Of a stretch of 64,000 nucleotides of DNA, positions 21,701 to 31,308 are shown in pieces. A program made the position numbers and the translations under genes. The notes beneath the pieces were generated by a model. It ran no database searches. It was not told the origin of the DNA and worked only from the letters and a program-made list of their open reading frames with translations. The first letter of the stretch is position 1, and each line of letters starts with the position of its first letter. Source of the stretch: a virus. Location: the IMG/VR virus record IMGVR_UViG_3300000233_000008, positions 4,200 to 68,199 of that record. One strand, written 5' to 3'.

Positions 21701-24700
21701 AGTTTGTTTGTGAACTCTAAACCAGAGGCTTCAACGGCGTTAAAATATGCATCAGCATCTGTTTTGCCAGATTTTAAACCATCTTTAAGAACATCAATAA
21801 TGTTTCTGTAAGCTTTGTCTCCGGAGACAGGATGAAGCAACTCAGCCACTGTTCTAATAACGTTTTCAGCGCTATTAACTTCAAGCTTGGTAGAACCAAG
21901 ATCCATTGCTTGACCAAACGCTAAGACTAGCATTCTTTTATGCTGTTCATTAGACAGATCAATCTCGCTAACAGTGTATGGAACAAGCTCTCTCATAAGC
22001 TTATCACTTTGCTGGTTCACACCAGCTTTCCACATATAGCGCTCGTTTACAATCGAGTACGCTTCGTTGTAATAAGGAACTTCCTCAACTGCTTTACCAT
22101 TGTCTTTGGCAAACTTGTCGATGCCATCAGCAACTCTGTTAACAAACTGCCAAGCACGTTTCATAGAAGCCAGTTTGGATTGCGAAGCATCAACTACCGC
22201 AGCCACTGCGTTATCTGTTGTCGCTTCAACATCAATACCAATGCTCTTCGCAAATCTGCTTTGGTTAGCTTCCGTCTCAAACAAGCTTCTCATATGCACC
22301 AAGAACGGCACATTAAGATAAGAAGGCGTTTCGTTCATGCGCCTAATAGCTGTCTTGGTTTCTCTTGAAACTTCTGCGCTACCTTTGTTCTTGATTGTGC
22401 CTGTAACACTCTTAGCCGGCTCACCGATAAGCAATGCCTGCTCTCTACCAAACATGCCCAAAAGTTTGTTGCCATTTAAGCCTAAGCTGCCAACCAAGTC
22501 TTCAACAGCAAGCTCTGCTGTAATCTCAGAAACGCCAGCAATAGAAAGTGTCAAAATATTTTTACCACTTGGCAACGTCTTACCTTTAGTGACAACAACG
22601 TTGTTACCATCGGTGTTAATATTGACCATAGATCTAGCAAGAATACCCAAATCAATAGCTGCTTGAATTGTTTCAAGTGCTAGAATTCTGGATGTATTCT
22701 CAATAACATCTTTCTTGACATTTCCATTTTCAGAAACTTCCAGCACAGATTTAATAGCTGAAGTAACTTCATCTAAAATCTCAAACTGTCCGTTACCATT
22801 TCCTTCCAAGCTTTCAAATGCTTCTGTAAAAGCTTTAAGGTTATCTTGCCCTTTGCCAATAATAGCTTCTACATCTTCTTTGCTGTAGCCATGCTTAGCA
22901 AGAATAGGGTAATCGCCTTTTTCATCTTGGAACAAGATATCTTTAACTTGCTTTGTAGAAGCAATCTTACCAAGCACGCTAACCAAAGCTACCGTAGCAG
23001 CAAAACCAAATCTCTCATCAAGAGCCAACCCATTGGTTGTATCTTTTGCAGCAAATCCGAAAATAGCTGTCTTCGCTTCGATGTTTTTGGAAGTGAGTTT
23101 ACCTTCTTCAAACAGTTGTTTGTAAGTTTTTTTTTCCTTGGTTGTTGCGTCAACTTCAGCAGTTCTGCTTGCAAAGTCATTCATACCTTTGCTAACATTG
23201 CCAATAATCTTATCGCTTAAATCTTTAATCTGATTTAGAGATTTGATTTCTTCCGAAGAATAGTTTTCAGCAGCTTTTTGTCCATTAGGCAGCAAGCCAT
23301 TCTTAATGTTTTCAAGAATTCCATTAACACCAATGTTAGTCCATTGTGCTTTAATAGACCAAACCTTGCCAAGCTTTGAAAACTCATAAATGTTAGAAGA
23401 CCAATTTTTTAACCATTCTTGTGGTTTGGTTTCTTCTTTAACTTGTTCCCGAACAACAGGCTGTGCAACAGGAGCTTGCTCCTGCTTGCTGGCCTGTTTT
23501 ACAGCATCAATAGCTTTTTGCTTTTTATTACGCTCAATCTCTGCGCTAACAAGTTTATCTTGTTCAGCCTGAGCAATACTACCCTCTCTGAAAGTAGCTT
23601 TTCTAACATCTTCTTGATTGGCTTTAGAAGCTTTACCAATAGCATCAATAAGATCTTTAACAGAGTTAATGCCCTGAGCTTTCCATTTAGCATTGCCTTT
23701 GAAGTTCTCTTCAAACATCTGCGTAATGCTAATGCCTTTGCCATCTTTACCAAAGACGCCAACAACATTAGAAGCGTTCTTTCCAACTGCTTTCTTGATA
23801 GCAGCTGTTCCGTTGTTTTCAACGTCGGCAATACCACCCTTGGAAGCAATGTAACCAACAAGGCTATCTTCTGTTTTTTTTTTCAGTTTGGCTTCAGATG
23901 TTTTTGCTGTTTCTTCAAGCCCTTTAACATCTTCCTGAGCCAGATCTAAATCTTTTTTAACAGCATTTCTCAATGCTCTTGCATCGTTATTAGAACGGCT
24001 GAAAGCTTTATTAAAAATCTTTTCGTGAACATTAACAACAGTGTCAATGTTTGCGTTATCTTTTTCAATCTTAGAAATTAAGCTATCCAAACCAGCAATA
24101 GTTGGATTATCAAACTGGATTGTTTCAGCCGACACAAACTGCTTTGCTTTTCTTGACCAAGCCTGGTAAGAAATTGGCTTTGCGATTTTACCAGTTTCAG
24201 CAAACTCATTGCGAGCAGCAGTGTAAGCAGCCAACTTGTTTTGGTTGGAAGTTCTAAAATTATCCGTTTGACCAATGTTGTTTAAAGCAGCTTCTCTATT
24301 ACCGGCTTTGATAGCTCTAATGGTATCTGCGTTGTGGTCTACAAGACCCTTGAATTGGTCGCTACCCATACCTGTTTCAATCTGTCTAGAAACAGCATCA
24401 TTAGACGAACCTTTACCACCTTGCTGAGTAGCAGCAAGATTAGGGTCATCTTTAACAGCTTGGAACTTACCGAACAGATCTCCAAGCTCTTTGCTACCTT
24501 CAATGATAGCACTTAATCTTTTGCCAGAAACTTGGTTAAGAATATTCTGATCCAAAGTCTTTAAGACTTCTGGGTTTCTAGCAGCAATAGTCCCTAAGAT
24601 AGCTTCAACAGTTTCGCTGTTGTTTTCTTGGAATTCAACTTTTAGAACATCAGAGATTTCAGCCGGCGTAATTTCCGAAAGGAAAGTTTCCATAGCAATG

Positions 24701-26712
24701 ACATCAGGATTTTTGGAAACTTGCTTAGAGAAGCCAATAGCGCCAGTATAAGCAGAGCCTTCTTCACCAAGAGATTTGGCAGCTTCAGATACATCACCAT
24801 TATCAAGCGAACGAATAAGGTCAGCGTTCTGAACACCTAATACAGCAGTTAAAATCTTTTCTGCTTTGTTGCTGGTATTATTAAACGTATTGCCAAGAAC
24901 CTTAATAGCATTGGCTCTAGTAACCCCATTACCAGTATCTTCAATACCGTAACGAGCTAGTCTTGCTGTCTCTTCTGGGGACACAAGTAAAGCACGGTTT
25001 GCTTGTTCTTCTAAATACGAAACTGCTTGAGTTTTGTAATCACCAGGATTGCTATCTAGGTATTCTTTAAAGCTTTGATTTACAGTTGGGGATGCTTTTG
25101 CATCTGTTTCATCATTAACAACTTTTGCTGGATTAATATCAACTAACCCACCTTCTCTAATAGCATTCACATACTCTTCATTATTATCAAGAGAACCTTC
25201 TCTTGATGCTGAAACTTGTGCGCCAGCCTCTCTGACACGCTCTCTAGCAAGACCAGTAACACCCATAGCACCACCGGTGCCAACACCACCTACAAGACCT
25301 TCAGCAGCAGAAGATCCAAAGCCCTCTGTTAGGTCTGTTTCAAACCCAACACTGTCTTTACCAATGTTCTTGCCAAGCTGCCCAGCGGTGTTTTGAAGCG
25401 TCTCTTCAACACCCTCTTTAGCTGTGTCTTTCAATACCTCAGTAATGCCACCACGAGAAGCACCACCTAATGGATTAATGGCAAAGTTTGTGTTAAGCTT
25501 AGAAATACCACCAGCTGTCCATGCCGTAATAATAGCAGCAGTTGTGCCTGCTTCAATAGAAAGCTCTGTAAGTGCACTTTCATGACTTGCGCCCTTATCT
25601 CTCATTGCTTTGTATTGTGGATTTTGTAGCGCTTCTTCTTCAGTCATAGCAAGAATAGAAAGCTGTGTATCGCTAAAAGCACCACCACCTTCTGTAATAC
25701 CTGTCATTACAGGAACAAGCATTCTAGCTTTTCTTTGGATTAACTCTTGACCAGCTTTAGTAGCTAACTGTTGATTAATGTTGGCTGCAACAACGCCTTG
25801 CTTTGCTAATGATTCAGCAGCAAGTTTTTTAGAACCAAATCTAACAGCTGCCCCAATACCAGAAGCCGTTCCTAACCCCTGAGCAACAATACCACCAACT
25901 TGGCCGCTAGAACCAAGGTTGCTCATTGTATCTTTAAATCTATTAAACTCTTTTGCTACTGTATCCCAATTAGTGTCTTCTCCATTGGCAATACGGTCTT
26001 CAAACTCTTTATCAAGATTGTATGAAGAAACCTGCTGTCTTAATGCGTAAATTTCATCATTTTTGGCAGCATCATCACTTTGTAATGCCTTGAAACCATC
26101 ACTGATTAATTTGGTGGCTTTGGAATAGCTTGGGGTAATTCTAAAATCTACATCCAATTCCTGCATAAAATTGTCAATACCAGCAAATGGTATAGCCGGC
26201 AAAGACGCACCAATGTTTACAAGACTACCAATCGCATCAACAGCAAGGTCTCTTACATCTTCACTACCTTGCTTCTCTACTCTTGAAAAACCATCAGCAG
26301 TGGCTTTAGTAATACCACCGTTAAAAGCGTCATTATTTGTAAATGTTCTTTTGTATTCGGCATAACCTTTTATGCCGTGCTTCCCAATAAATTCAGATGG
26401 GCTTAATGTTCTAAAATCATTTTCAATAGAATTACTCTGAAACTCTTCTCCGTCAGCAATTGCTTGACCAGCTAATTCAGGATTGGCCTCAAATAAAGGA
26501 ACAGCCGGCTCTACTGGCTGTTGAACTTGAATTGGGGGATTTTCAGGAGTGTAAAAGTAATCGTTTACCTCTGGAGCGGCTTGCTCTACGGAGATACTGT
26601 TCAAAAGCGCTGCTTTAGAATCTTTTGTGTTTGCTGCTTCTGATACTTTATTCGTTTTAGCGTTTAATACAGATTCAGCTTTCGGCGTAGGGTAAAGAGG
26701 GTCCATTGGCAT
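15709..26712 (-). CDS. Virion-encapsidated RNA polymerase (N4 gp50-like vRNAP)
   Basis: About 3670 aa; T7-like motifs A EVDGKTDG, B RNFAKYPTTMIVYGS, C NFDGID; no Cys seen; start placed at MPMDP after AAAGG. Confidence 0.96.
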   Translation of the reverse strand: MPMDPLYPTPKAESVLNAKTNKVSEAANTKDSKAALLNSISVEQAAPEVNDYFYTPENPPIQVQQPVEPAVPLFEANPELAGQAIADGEEFQSNSIENDFRTLSPSEFIGKHGIKGYAEYKRTFTNNDAFNGGITKATADGFSRVEKQGSEDVRDLAVDAIGSLVNIGASLPAIPFAGIDNFMQELDVDFRITPSYSKATKLISDGFKALQSDDAAKNDEIYALRQQVSSYNLDKEFEDRIANGEDTNWDTVAKEFNRFKDTMSNLGSSGQVGGIVAQGLGTASGIGAAVRFGSKKLAAESLAKQGVVAANINQQLATKAGQELIQRKARMLVPVMTGITEGGGAFSDTQLSILAMTEEEALQNPQYKAMRDKGASHESALTELSIEAGTTAAIITAWTAGGISKLNTNFAINPLGGASRGGITEVLKDTAKEGVEETLQNTAGQLGKNIGKDSVGFETDLTEGFGSSAAEGLVGGVGTGGAMGVTGLARERVREAGAQVSASREGSLDNNEEYVNAIREGGLVDINPAKVVNDETDAKASPTVNQSFKEYLDSNPGDYKTQAVSYLEEQANRALLVSPEETARLARYGIEDTGNGVTRANAIKVLGNTFNNTSNKAEKILTAVLGVQNADLIRSLDNGDVSEAAKSLGEEGSAYTGAIGFSKQVSKNPDVIAMETFLSEITPAEISDVLKVEFQENNSETVEAILGTIAARNPEVLKTLDQNILNQVSGKRLSAIIEGSKELGDLFGKFQAVKDDPNLAATQQGGKGSSNDAVSRQIETGMGSDQFKGLVDHNADTIRAIKAGNREAALNNIGQTDNFRTSNQNKLAAYTAARNEFAETGKIAKPISYQAWSRKAKQFVSAETIQFDNPTIAGLDSLISKIEKDNANIDTVVNVHEKIFNKAFSRSNNDARALRNAVKKDLDLAQEDVKGLEETAKTSEAKLKKKTEDSLVGYIASKGGIADVENNGTAAIKKAVGKNASNVVGVFGKDGKGISITQMFEENFKGNAKWKAQGINSVKDLIDAIGKASKANQEDVRKATFREGSIAQAEQDKLVSAEIERNKKQKAIDAVKQASKQEQAPVAQPVVREQVKEETKPQEWLKNWSSNIYEFSKLGKVWSIKAQWTNIGVNGILENIKNGLLPNGQKAAENYSSEEIKSLNQIKDLSDKIIGNVSKGMNDFASRTAEVDATTKEKKTYKQLFEEGKLTSKNIEAKTAIFGFAAKDTTNGLALDERFGFAATVALVSVLGKIASTKQVKDILFQDEKGDYPILAKHGYSKEDVEAIIGKGQDNLKAFTEAFESLEGNGNGQFEILDEVTSAIKSVLEVSENGNVKKDVIENTSRILALETIQAAIDLGILARSMVNINTDGNNVVVTKGKTLPSGKNILTLSIAGVSEITAELAVEDLVGSLGLNGNKLLGMFGREQALLIGEPAKSVTGTIKNKGSAEVSRETKTAIRRMNETPSYLNVPFLVHMRSLFETEANQSRFAKSIGIDVEATTDNAVAAVVDASQSKLASMKRAWQFVNRVADGIDKFAKDNGKAVEEVPYYNEAYSIVNERYMWKAGVNQQSDKLMRELVPYTVSEIDLSNEQHKRMLVLAFGQAMDLGSTKLEVNSAENVIRTVAELLHPVSGDKAYRNIIDVLKDGLKSGKTDADAYFNAVEASGLEFTNKLHNALFEVARMEVAIENGETKFKTGLSVEVDGKTDGIINALVLTMTGNMSARRIGNFARGGLIFGKKTNQAESLNTFYAKEFATGTVSKLGEDMYTKVAAAGTVIVRKMINDMDATQKAKATGFLTRMAKLSGDVKVENDNISFSRNFAKYPTTMIVYGSSLGGIANRIYKEFVDSFYEKLTAELKKGSNQPLSEIEGFRREDLVGILEGKAYDAMVADPFNFRFTVLNNGNLFENITEYLATPINTAITEQTENLEGVLKDMRLTQQYQDAMARKLFDLQVQKLQKEGKSVWDMTKNEYDAFMFKAAQVGAIVNTNGKVYHYYKTKNSKKDELQFAVKSIKENLTSSANAREFDDVGVSSTAITIQGNGDANTIRAIWVDPSIDVKGIAQNFDGIDMSILSAIEKAEGLNRGVGDNWRANNIFAQFADSLKQSFIQSRSIFKEFGQDVVQRVGDQVNPAHYGLLSRKVTKANATLADKVYNTLFSNAQLFVDYGLLNNVNEFTVGKFNKNPLLWFTKLMEIKALEHKLLLDAMEEHSYGIDHLAGLEGVARYGKGKFEFDSLDFDGIANSINQEVARQRAVAINFYKERNNIKVSEREANTDKVNKKAFGAIKRALKDAEFLTGKKLAFTLKDAGVSKGLIDLLFAAEKFGSNPDKSVFKAKVYFANGNAMDVYNKLIADGVGLPYIDSIQEGVYFKEQNIIIVNNETAETVIHELLHSAVDEAITTYYKNPESAPAQLKLAIKGLEENMADFLRLDIPASVVGQQDAADLFNTQNVIRDLQGDTARMMEFISWTLTNPSLESTLKDVRTYSTFNRIKTEATKMVKRLFTIFVKGSKYDVDINNLFDSIRFNTLSLVVNETQYNELMAAKAKARAAARNKDDAIETEITHLNQVTTNDPKKSVVERAIKKFLADRAIKAQNRKIADSIFDGTVLLENIKISQEALDIVKEQAIVDEALQKALQAGFTMDARSQLLFKNLYTLIAFGSKDQEVNRILTNVYTQFMDKKVLDSFKKHTSEGVAASMTEFLVNSQEGLALVFALSQTNDTVRSVINGMSLPDNRVDNSTFDGKVSNAITTVMDYAADLSNRVNVSKDVLKSLDNIVEAMNQNETEQKAIVALAVSAGKVYEDVGGLIDRTDNKISNKREEVATGIAENESIPFIIRAIAIPFSDKVSSKVADAIEASFNKMEGWNAIGALFQDIRSANKTKKQLNRMQQKATKLIDQGRQRFLEDMPEAINGLFKRELTRLENIALIKAVKLDISTIPLTSTLAILKGEKTTEELRAGIEKNMGAVALRKMQGHMEELARVLGTDTDPQSASFLRNAYAISNQFGYPEMEGYVDAWVSLKAMDYVDANIKETLKDLFTNEIDGVSGALNFVTASKIVEDRHLQEYDEATQKKAKQNGWKGHFPEATGRNQSIVIQSKSEKARLEALGYTMGEKYKGNPNHRMTGDLYYFHSNIAQKNRYTKGVAQTVHGSYRGVSIKFGYSTDMRVNRIITQENGLQELIDYANQNKGKHNIAGFVHPEFIFDGNGKIIAAELPIGREAFRAIEKDQNFGEGVGVWLGRTYEERVSRRINDELIEWLYQEWNTATPEERKEFVDIGNKNQKDKVYADSWKVLGAEFHHKVSKKFGEKDFFPVKKSHINDAIGYREAGVSDAWTDVTRNNDKVNEIIKISATAIFGKKGYTALMKTENVVSDVVSFAKTSIVGLAVQVVFGNLLSNTIHLMSYGINPIEAAKLQYQAALELREYTKIQKRINLLAIDAQTARIKGGDAQARVENQLKALSDRIKNMRIYPLIEAGHFSAIAEDIVTADGDTGNMIHNGLIKLANMVPSDKGKVVASNLLFTKESIAFKTMVGMTQYGDFMAKYALMTKLQKKGVSKEETMDILMEEFVNYQNVSGRDRQLLEKYGLLWFMNYKLRILKVARKAVMERPLRAAMLMSTHNAFGVDTVLDSNIGTKVIDGSIGGSVGLGMAVQGVNLHPTLGIVNDTLNPLS

Positions 26713-26787
26713 ACCTTTATGTAGCAAGACTTGGTCTTACTTCTTATATATGACCTTCTACTTCTTACACCAACTACAATAATAAAA

Positions 26788-26811
26788 TAACCCCACTTTT
26801 TACAGTGGGGT
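26788..26811 (-). terminator. Terminator between gp51-like gene and vRNAP
   Basis: AACCCCACT-TTTTAC-AGTGGGGTT hairpin with A-rich flank on + (U-rich on -). Confidence 0.65.
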
Positions 26812-26816
26812 TAATC

Positions 26817-28529
26817 TTACTTAATGCTTTCTAGTAAATCATCTACTTTACTCTCAAGTTTATCATACAATTCCATGTTACCCACTCTCTTGGCATGCGC
26901 CATTTGTGTAGCAATGGTTTGGATTTGCATTTGCGTATCTTGTAAGCTTTTCGTAGCTGCTTGGCTATCTCTGGATGTTTCGGCTGCTTCTCTAATTCTC
27001 TTTTGAACCGTTTCTTTATTATCAGAATTAAGCCAACCAGACCCTGCAACTTTTTCAAGTCTATTTTCGATATCACTTTCAAAACCGACATTCCAATTTG
27101 TATCACCAAAATTAAAATTTGCGTAATCCACATCAGGAACTGTTTCCATCACAATAGCAGCAACCATAGCCGGAGGAACTGTATCACCCCATCTTTTAAC
27201 ATGGTGTTGATACATCTTTTGCATAGCAGCAATTTGTTCACCCGAATATTTGTTGGTACCGCCCACTTCAGCAATTTTAGCCATTAACTCATTTGTGCCT
27301 AATCCAGACAACTCATTATAAAGCTTAGCCGAGGATCCAGTAATTCCGAATGCTGTTTCACCAAAAGCACCTGCTTCCCCAATTTTTGCGGAAACAATAT
27401 CATTTGCGCCGGATAGCTTATCGTTGCTTTCAATTTCAGCTGCAACTGCTTCTGGTGCAGGCGTAAACGCACCTTCATTTGCAGCAAGACTCTCTCTTGC
27501 AGCTCTCCACATAATTTTTTCATCGGCAGGAGCTTCTTTCTCTCTACGAGCAAGTTCTTTATCTGCTTCCGCTATTGTAGCAAATTGCTTTAGTGTATTA
27601 TCCGCGATAATAGCCCCTTGGTGTGCAGCTGCGCCTTTGTTTGCTTGCGAAGCACTTTCAGCAAGATTAAGACCCTCAACGCCAAGTCTTCTAATGTCTT
27701 CGTTAACTCTTTCAGACTCAAGTCTAATAGCTTTTAAGGAATCAGCAGAAAGCCCCGGTCTTTGAGCAGCCGTAGCTAATTGAGCCTGTCTAGCTTCTAA
27801 GGCCTTTTGTTGACCTTTAACTTCTTCTTGTTGCTTAAAGTATTTATCAGTAGCACCTTCGCCAATACCAATTAATAGAGGATCTTCTTTAGGGGCATCT
27901 GGATTCAGCAATTCAGTATTATTACCTGGGTTATTAACACCAAGCATACCACCACCTTCAGGAGCAGGAGCAGCTGGAATGTCAATAGTAGGTTTGCCTT
28001 CAAACAAAGGACCAACAGTTGGGTTTCCCCCAGTAATACCCAAAGCACCGAGGCCACCAGAAGACAGCCCACCACCTTGTGTAGGGGCAACTCCACCACC
28101 AGCACCAGCAAGAATGCGCTCTACTTCTAGAGCTTCTTTTTCTTTTTGAGCAAGCTTATCACGTTCTAATTGGTCATTAGACAAATCAGCAGCTAAACGT
28201 TGTCTTTCTAGATCCAAATTTTGCCCTTGAAGCTCAGTATTTTTAGCAGCGTTTTTAGACGAAAGCATTTGAGTTACATAATCAAAAGCTTCCGGATTAA
28301 GATCATTAAGTAAAGCAGGGTCAATCTGAACCTTACTTGGATCTTCTGAAGTAAGAATTTGATTAAGAACCTGATTAGTATTCTTATCTTTAATTCTATC
28401 AATATTGGTTTGCGCTAAATCTTGAACACCCTGCGAAGCAGCTTGTAAAAGCTGCGCAGCTTGGGCTCTAGCATTAATAGCCTGAGACAGATCAGGTGCG
28501 TCAACGTTTTGCCAAGTAATTCTAGCCAT
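26817..28529 (-). CDS. Internal virion/ejection protein (N4 gp51-like)
   Basis: MARITWQNVDAP start, Ala/Gln-rich, no Cys seen, adjacent to vRNAP. Confidence 0.75.
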   Translation of the reverse strand: MARITWQNVDAPDLSQAINARAQAAQLLQAASQGVQDLAQTNIDRIKDKNTNQVLNQILTSEDPSKVQIDPALLNDLNPEAFDYVTQMLSSKNAAKNTELQGQNLDLERQRLAADLSNDQLERDKLAQKEKEALEVERILAGAGGGVAPTQGGGLSSGGLGALGITGGNPTVGPLFEGKPTIDIPAAPAPEGGGMLGVNNPGNNTELLNPDAPKEDPLLIGIGEGATDKYFKQQEEVKGQQKALEARQAQLATAAQRPGLSADSLKAIRLESERVNEDIRRLGVEGLNLAESASQANKGAAAHQGAIIADNTLKQFATIAEADKELARREKEAPADEKIMWRAARESLAANEGAFTPAPEAVAAEIESNDKLSGANDIVSAKIGEAGAFGETAFGITGSSAKLYNELSGLGTNELMAKIAEVGGTNKYSGEQIAAMQKMYQHHVKRWGDTVPPAMVAAIVMETVPDVDYANFNFGDTNWNVGFESDIENRLEKVAGSGWLNSDNKETVQKRIREAAETSRDSQAATKSLQDTQMQIQTIATQMAHAKRVGNMELYDKLESKVDDLLESIK

Positions 28530-28999
28530 TAGAGCACCTTTGCCTTTTTCAGAGAGTTGTCTTTAGTGTATTGGTCAGCATACCCAGCATCATCATACTG
28601 AACAGCTCTTGCGTTTGCTCTATCTTCAATGGCAGTGTTGTAAGAAGCAATACTATTTGCCATGTTTGTATTGTAAGTTTGCTTTTGAAATTCAAAAGCT
28701 TTTTTTGCTAATTTGTTAGATTGCATAGCAGCCCAAACATTACCAAAAGAACCAATAATACCAGCAATGTTACCAAGACCTTGCATAGCACCAGAGTTAC
28801 CCATAATGCCACCAAGGAAGCCACCCCCACCTTGTTGGCCACCATTATCTAAATATTGGTAATTTGTTCCTGTGCCAGGGTAATTAAAGTTATTATCACC
28901 TGCTACCCCACCCATCGTTGTAGGAACAAGAGGGTTCTCTTCCTCAACGGGAGCCTGCCAAGCAGAAATGTTATTGTAAATAGATCCGTTATTGTTCAT
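28529..28999 (-). CDS. Small virion protein (N4 gp52-like)
   Basis: Gly-rich hydrophobic segment then KKAFEFQKQTYNTNMANS...YNTAIEDR. Confidence 0.75.
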   Translation of the reverse strand: MNNNGSIYNNISAWQAPVEEENPLVPTTMGGVAGDNNFNYPGTGTNYQYLDNGGQQGGGGFLGGIMGNSGAMQGLGNIAGIIGSFGNVWAAMQSNKLAKKAFEFQKQTYNTNMANSIASYNTAIEDRANARAVQYDDAGYADQYTKDNSLKKAKVL

Positions 29000-29010
29000 C
29001 TTCTCATTCC

Positions 29011-31299
29011 TTATAAAGCGTGCTTGGGTAGCTGTTGACTTACTTCTACATAATCTTCAATTAAACTATGAGTAATCCTTGCAATGTCGCTCCCAGTTAA
29101 TATAGTTCTATTAATAAATGTCTGCATACTTTCACTAATAGCTTGTGGGTTTTCAAGTAAATCAGTTGGGTCAAAAGACACATCGTTAATACCAAACATC
29201 TCTTCTGTTTTTTTAGCAATTGCTTTCATTTCCTCTGTATAGTTTTTTTCTGCTTCTTCCATATCTTTGTAGATATCTGCTGTATCCATTTGAACAAATC
29301 TAGCGTATATGTTGGCAATAGCATTAGTTACTTGCACTAATGATGTAGCAAGTGTTCCGCCGCTAAACATATTACCAATACCAGAACCACCCATTATGTT
29401 AATACCACTTAACATAGCAGCGCCCATAATGATACTAAACAGCATAGCAAACTCTTCGCCAAATAACTTGGTTCCAATCTCTGTAATAACCATACGGAGA
29501 ATGCTTCCAACAATAGCATTGGCAAGGGCGCCTACAACGTTACCAATAGTGCCTGTAAGGCCAAACATAGCACCCACTGCTGAGTTTGTTCCTAGTAGTC
29601 CAGAACCACCACCTAATGCTGCTCCGCCACCAAATAACAGAGCACCTAAAATAAAACCTAAACCAATGATAACCCAAAGCTTGCTTAAACCACCAGTTTT
29701 GTATTTTACCTTAGCATTCATTAACCCATACATGCAAGACATGCCAAGCTCTACTTGTGCACTCAATGCCATATTTTTCATTGTGGGGTAATGCAAAGGA
29801 ATAATGAATACGGTTTCTTCATCTTCCGCATCGAACGCATCCTTTACAGATGTCGTTACAGCGTGAGATTTGTAAACGTAATTATGGTGCTTGCATCCAG
29901 TAACAGAAATCTTTTTGTATCTGAATTTGGCATACTGCTCAAAGATGTAAAGCTCTGCGTTATCGTCTCTTACTTTATTAGCGAGATAATAACCAAGTGT
30001 ATTTACATCATACATTTTACCGTTGCCGGCATTTTGCTTGCCGTACTTTGAGTAGATCCAATATTGGTTTTTTTTAAGCCTGCCTCTGGAAGTGTTACCA
30101 TCAAAAAACTTAGCATTACCTAAATGCTCTGTAACAGTAATGTTTTTCCATTCTAGCCTTAAGTCGGCACCGATATCAAAATCTTCTCTGTTACCAAAGC
30201 TCAGAACATAGCTACCACCTCTCACTGTTGGTATAACCAAAGGAGCAGCTGTAGTCTTGTTTAAACTGTTAAACCAAGTTTCAAACCCAACGCCGGACAG
30301 TCTGGCATCCTGATAAGGATTACCATCGTCAGGCGCAATTGGGTTGCTTGCTTGAATATTATCAAGCAAACTAAAAAACTTATAAATGTATCTTGCTCCA
30401 TGTGTGGACTTTGTATTCAAAGCCACACCAGGGACAATGTAAGCATAGTCAATGTCGTCGATATCTTCTATATCTTCAAATTCATCAAGCAGTTTGTTAA
30501 TGTCTTGTTTTGTTGCTTTTTTATAAGCTGTCTTGATTTTATCAAATCTGAAATCAAACTCAGGTTCTCTAATAGATTTGTTATCGTATCTTAACGGAAG
30601 AATAGGAAAGAACTCTCCAAACTCTGTTTCGTTATAAGTAATAGTATCAAAAATAACATTTCCTGAACCTATTCTATATGTGTAAAGCATTTCTTTGCTT
30701 TTCACATACCCCTTTGGATCCGTGTCATCTTCGATTAATTCAGAGTAACCAATGTATAAAAGTCTTCTAGACTTGTTTTCATTTACCCAAATAAGATCTG
30801 CGTTAGCAGGAATTCTATCAAACTCAACATCATCAATATCAAAAAACACCAACTCATTTGTTGTTGTGTTAAAATTGAATGTCCAGTCTCCCACGCCTTT
30901 TGTAAGGTGGTTCCAATCAATATGGTTGTCTGCAAAGTGTTGTGCGTTAGCTACGTCAACATCACCCCAATGAACAATCTTTTGAGGTGTTGGGCTTAAG
31001 TCAGAATTTAATCCACTAATAAGAACATTAGGATCAATTCCTGCCATAGATGTAATTTGCGTATCCGGAAGCATTCTAGGATAGTTAGCTAATGTCCATC
31101 TGTACATCTTTCTAAGATCAGCAGGAGGACCCCCTGAATACAGCCTTTGAATAACCGTCCCTAATTTAGGTTTTTTGGTTGTTAATATCTCTGTAACAAT
31201 AGATGAATTAACAGCGCTGGGCCTATTTTCAAAAGGCCCAGCTAAGTTATTTGCGCTGGCAAATACTTTAATAACAGTTTTACCAGAAAACAATCCCAT
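29011..31299 (-). CDS. Structural protein (N4 gp53-like)
   Basis: MGLFSGKT start, long C-terminal hydrophobic Gly/Ala helices; synteny. Confidence 0.78.
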   Translation of the reverse strand: MGLFSGKTVIKVFASANNLAGPFENRPSAVNSSIVTEILTTKKPKLGTVIQRLYSGGPPADLRKMYRWTLANYPRMLPDTQITSMAGIDPNVLISGLNSDLSPTPQKIVHWGDVDVANAQHFADNHIDWNHLTKGVGDWTFNFNTTTNELVFFDIDDVEFDRIPANADLIWVNENKSRRLLYIGYSELIEDDTDPKGYVKSKEMLYTYRIGSGNVIFDTITYNETEFGEFFPILPLRYDNKSIREPEFDFRFDKIKTAYKKATKQDINKLLDEFEDIEDIDDIDYAYIVPGVALNTKSTHGARYIYKFFSLLDNIQASNPIAPDDGNPYQDARLSGVGFETWFNSLNKTTAAPLVIPTVRGGSYVLSFGNREDFDIGADLRLEWKNITVTEHLGNAKFFDGNTSRGRLKKNQYWIYSKYGKQNAGNGKMYDVNTLGYYLANKVRDDNAELYIFEQYAKFRYKKISVTGCKHHNYVYKSHAVTTSVKDAFDAEDEETVFIIPLHYPTMKNMALSAQVELGMSCMYGLMNAKVKYKTGGLSKLWVIIGLGFILGALLFGGGAALGGGSGLLGTNSAVGAMFGLTGTIGNVVGALANAIVGSILRMVITEIGTKLFGEEFAMLFSIIMGAAMLSGINIMGGSGIGNMFSGGTLATSLVQVTNAIANIYARFVQMDTADIYKDMEEAEKNYTEEMKAIAKKTEEMFGINDVSFDPTDLLENPQAISESMQTFINRTILTGSDIARITHSLIEDYVEVSQQLPKHAL

Positions 31300-31308
31300 T
31301 ATATTTCC

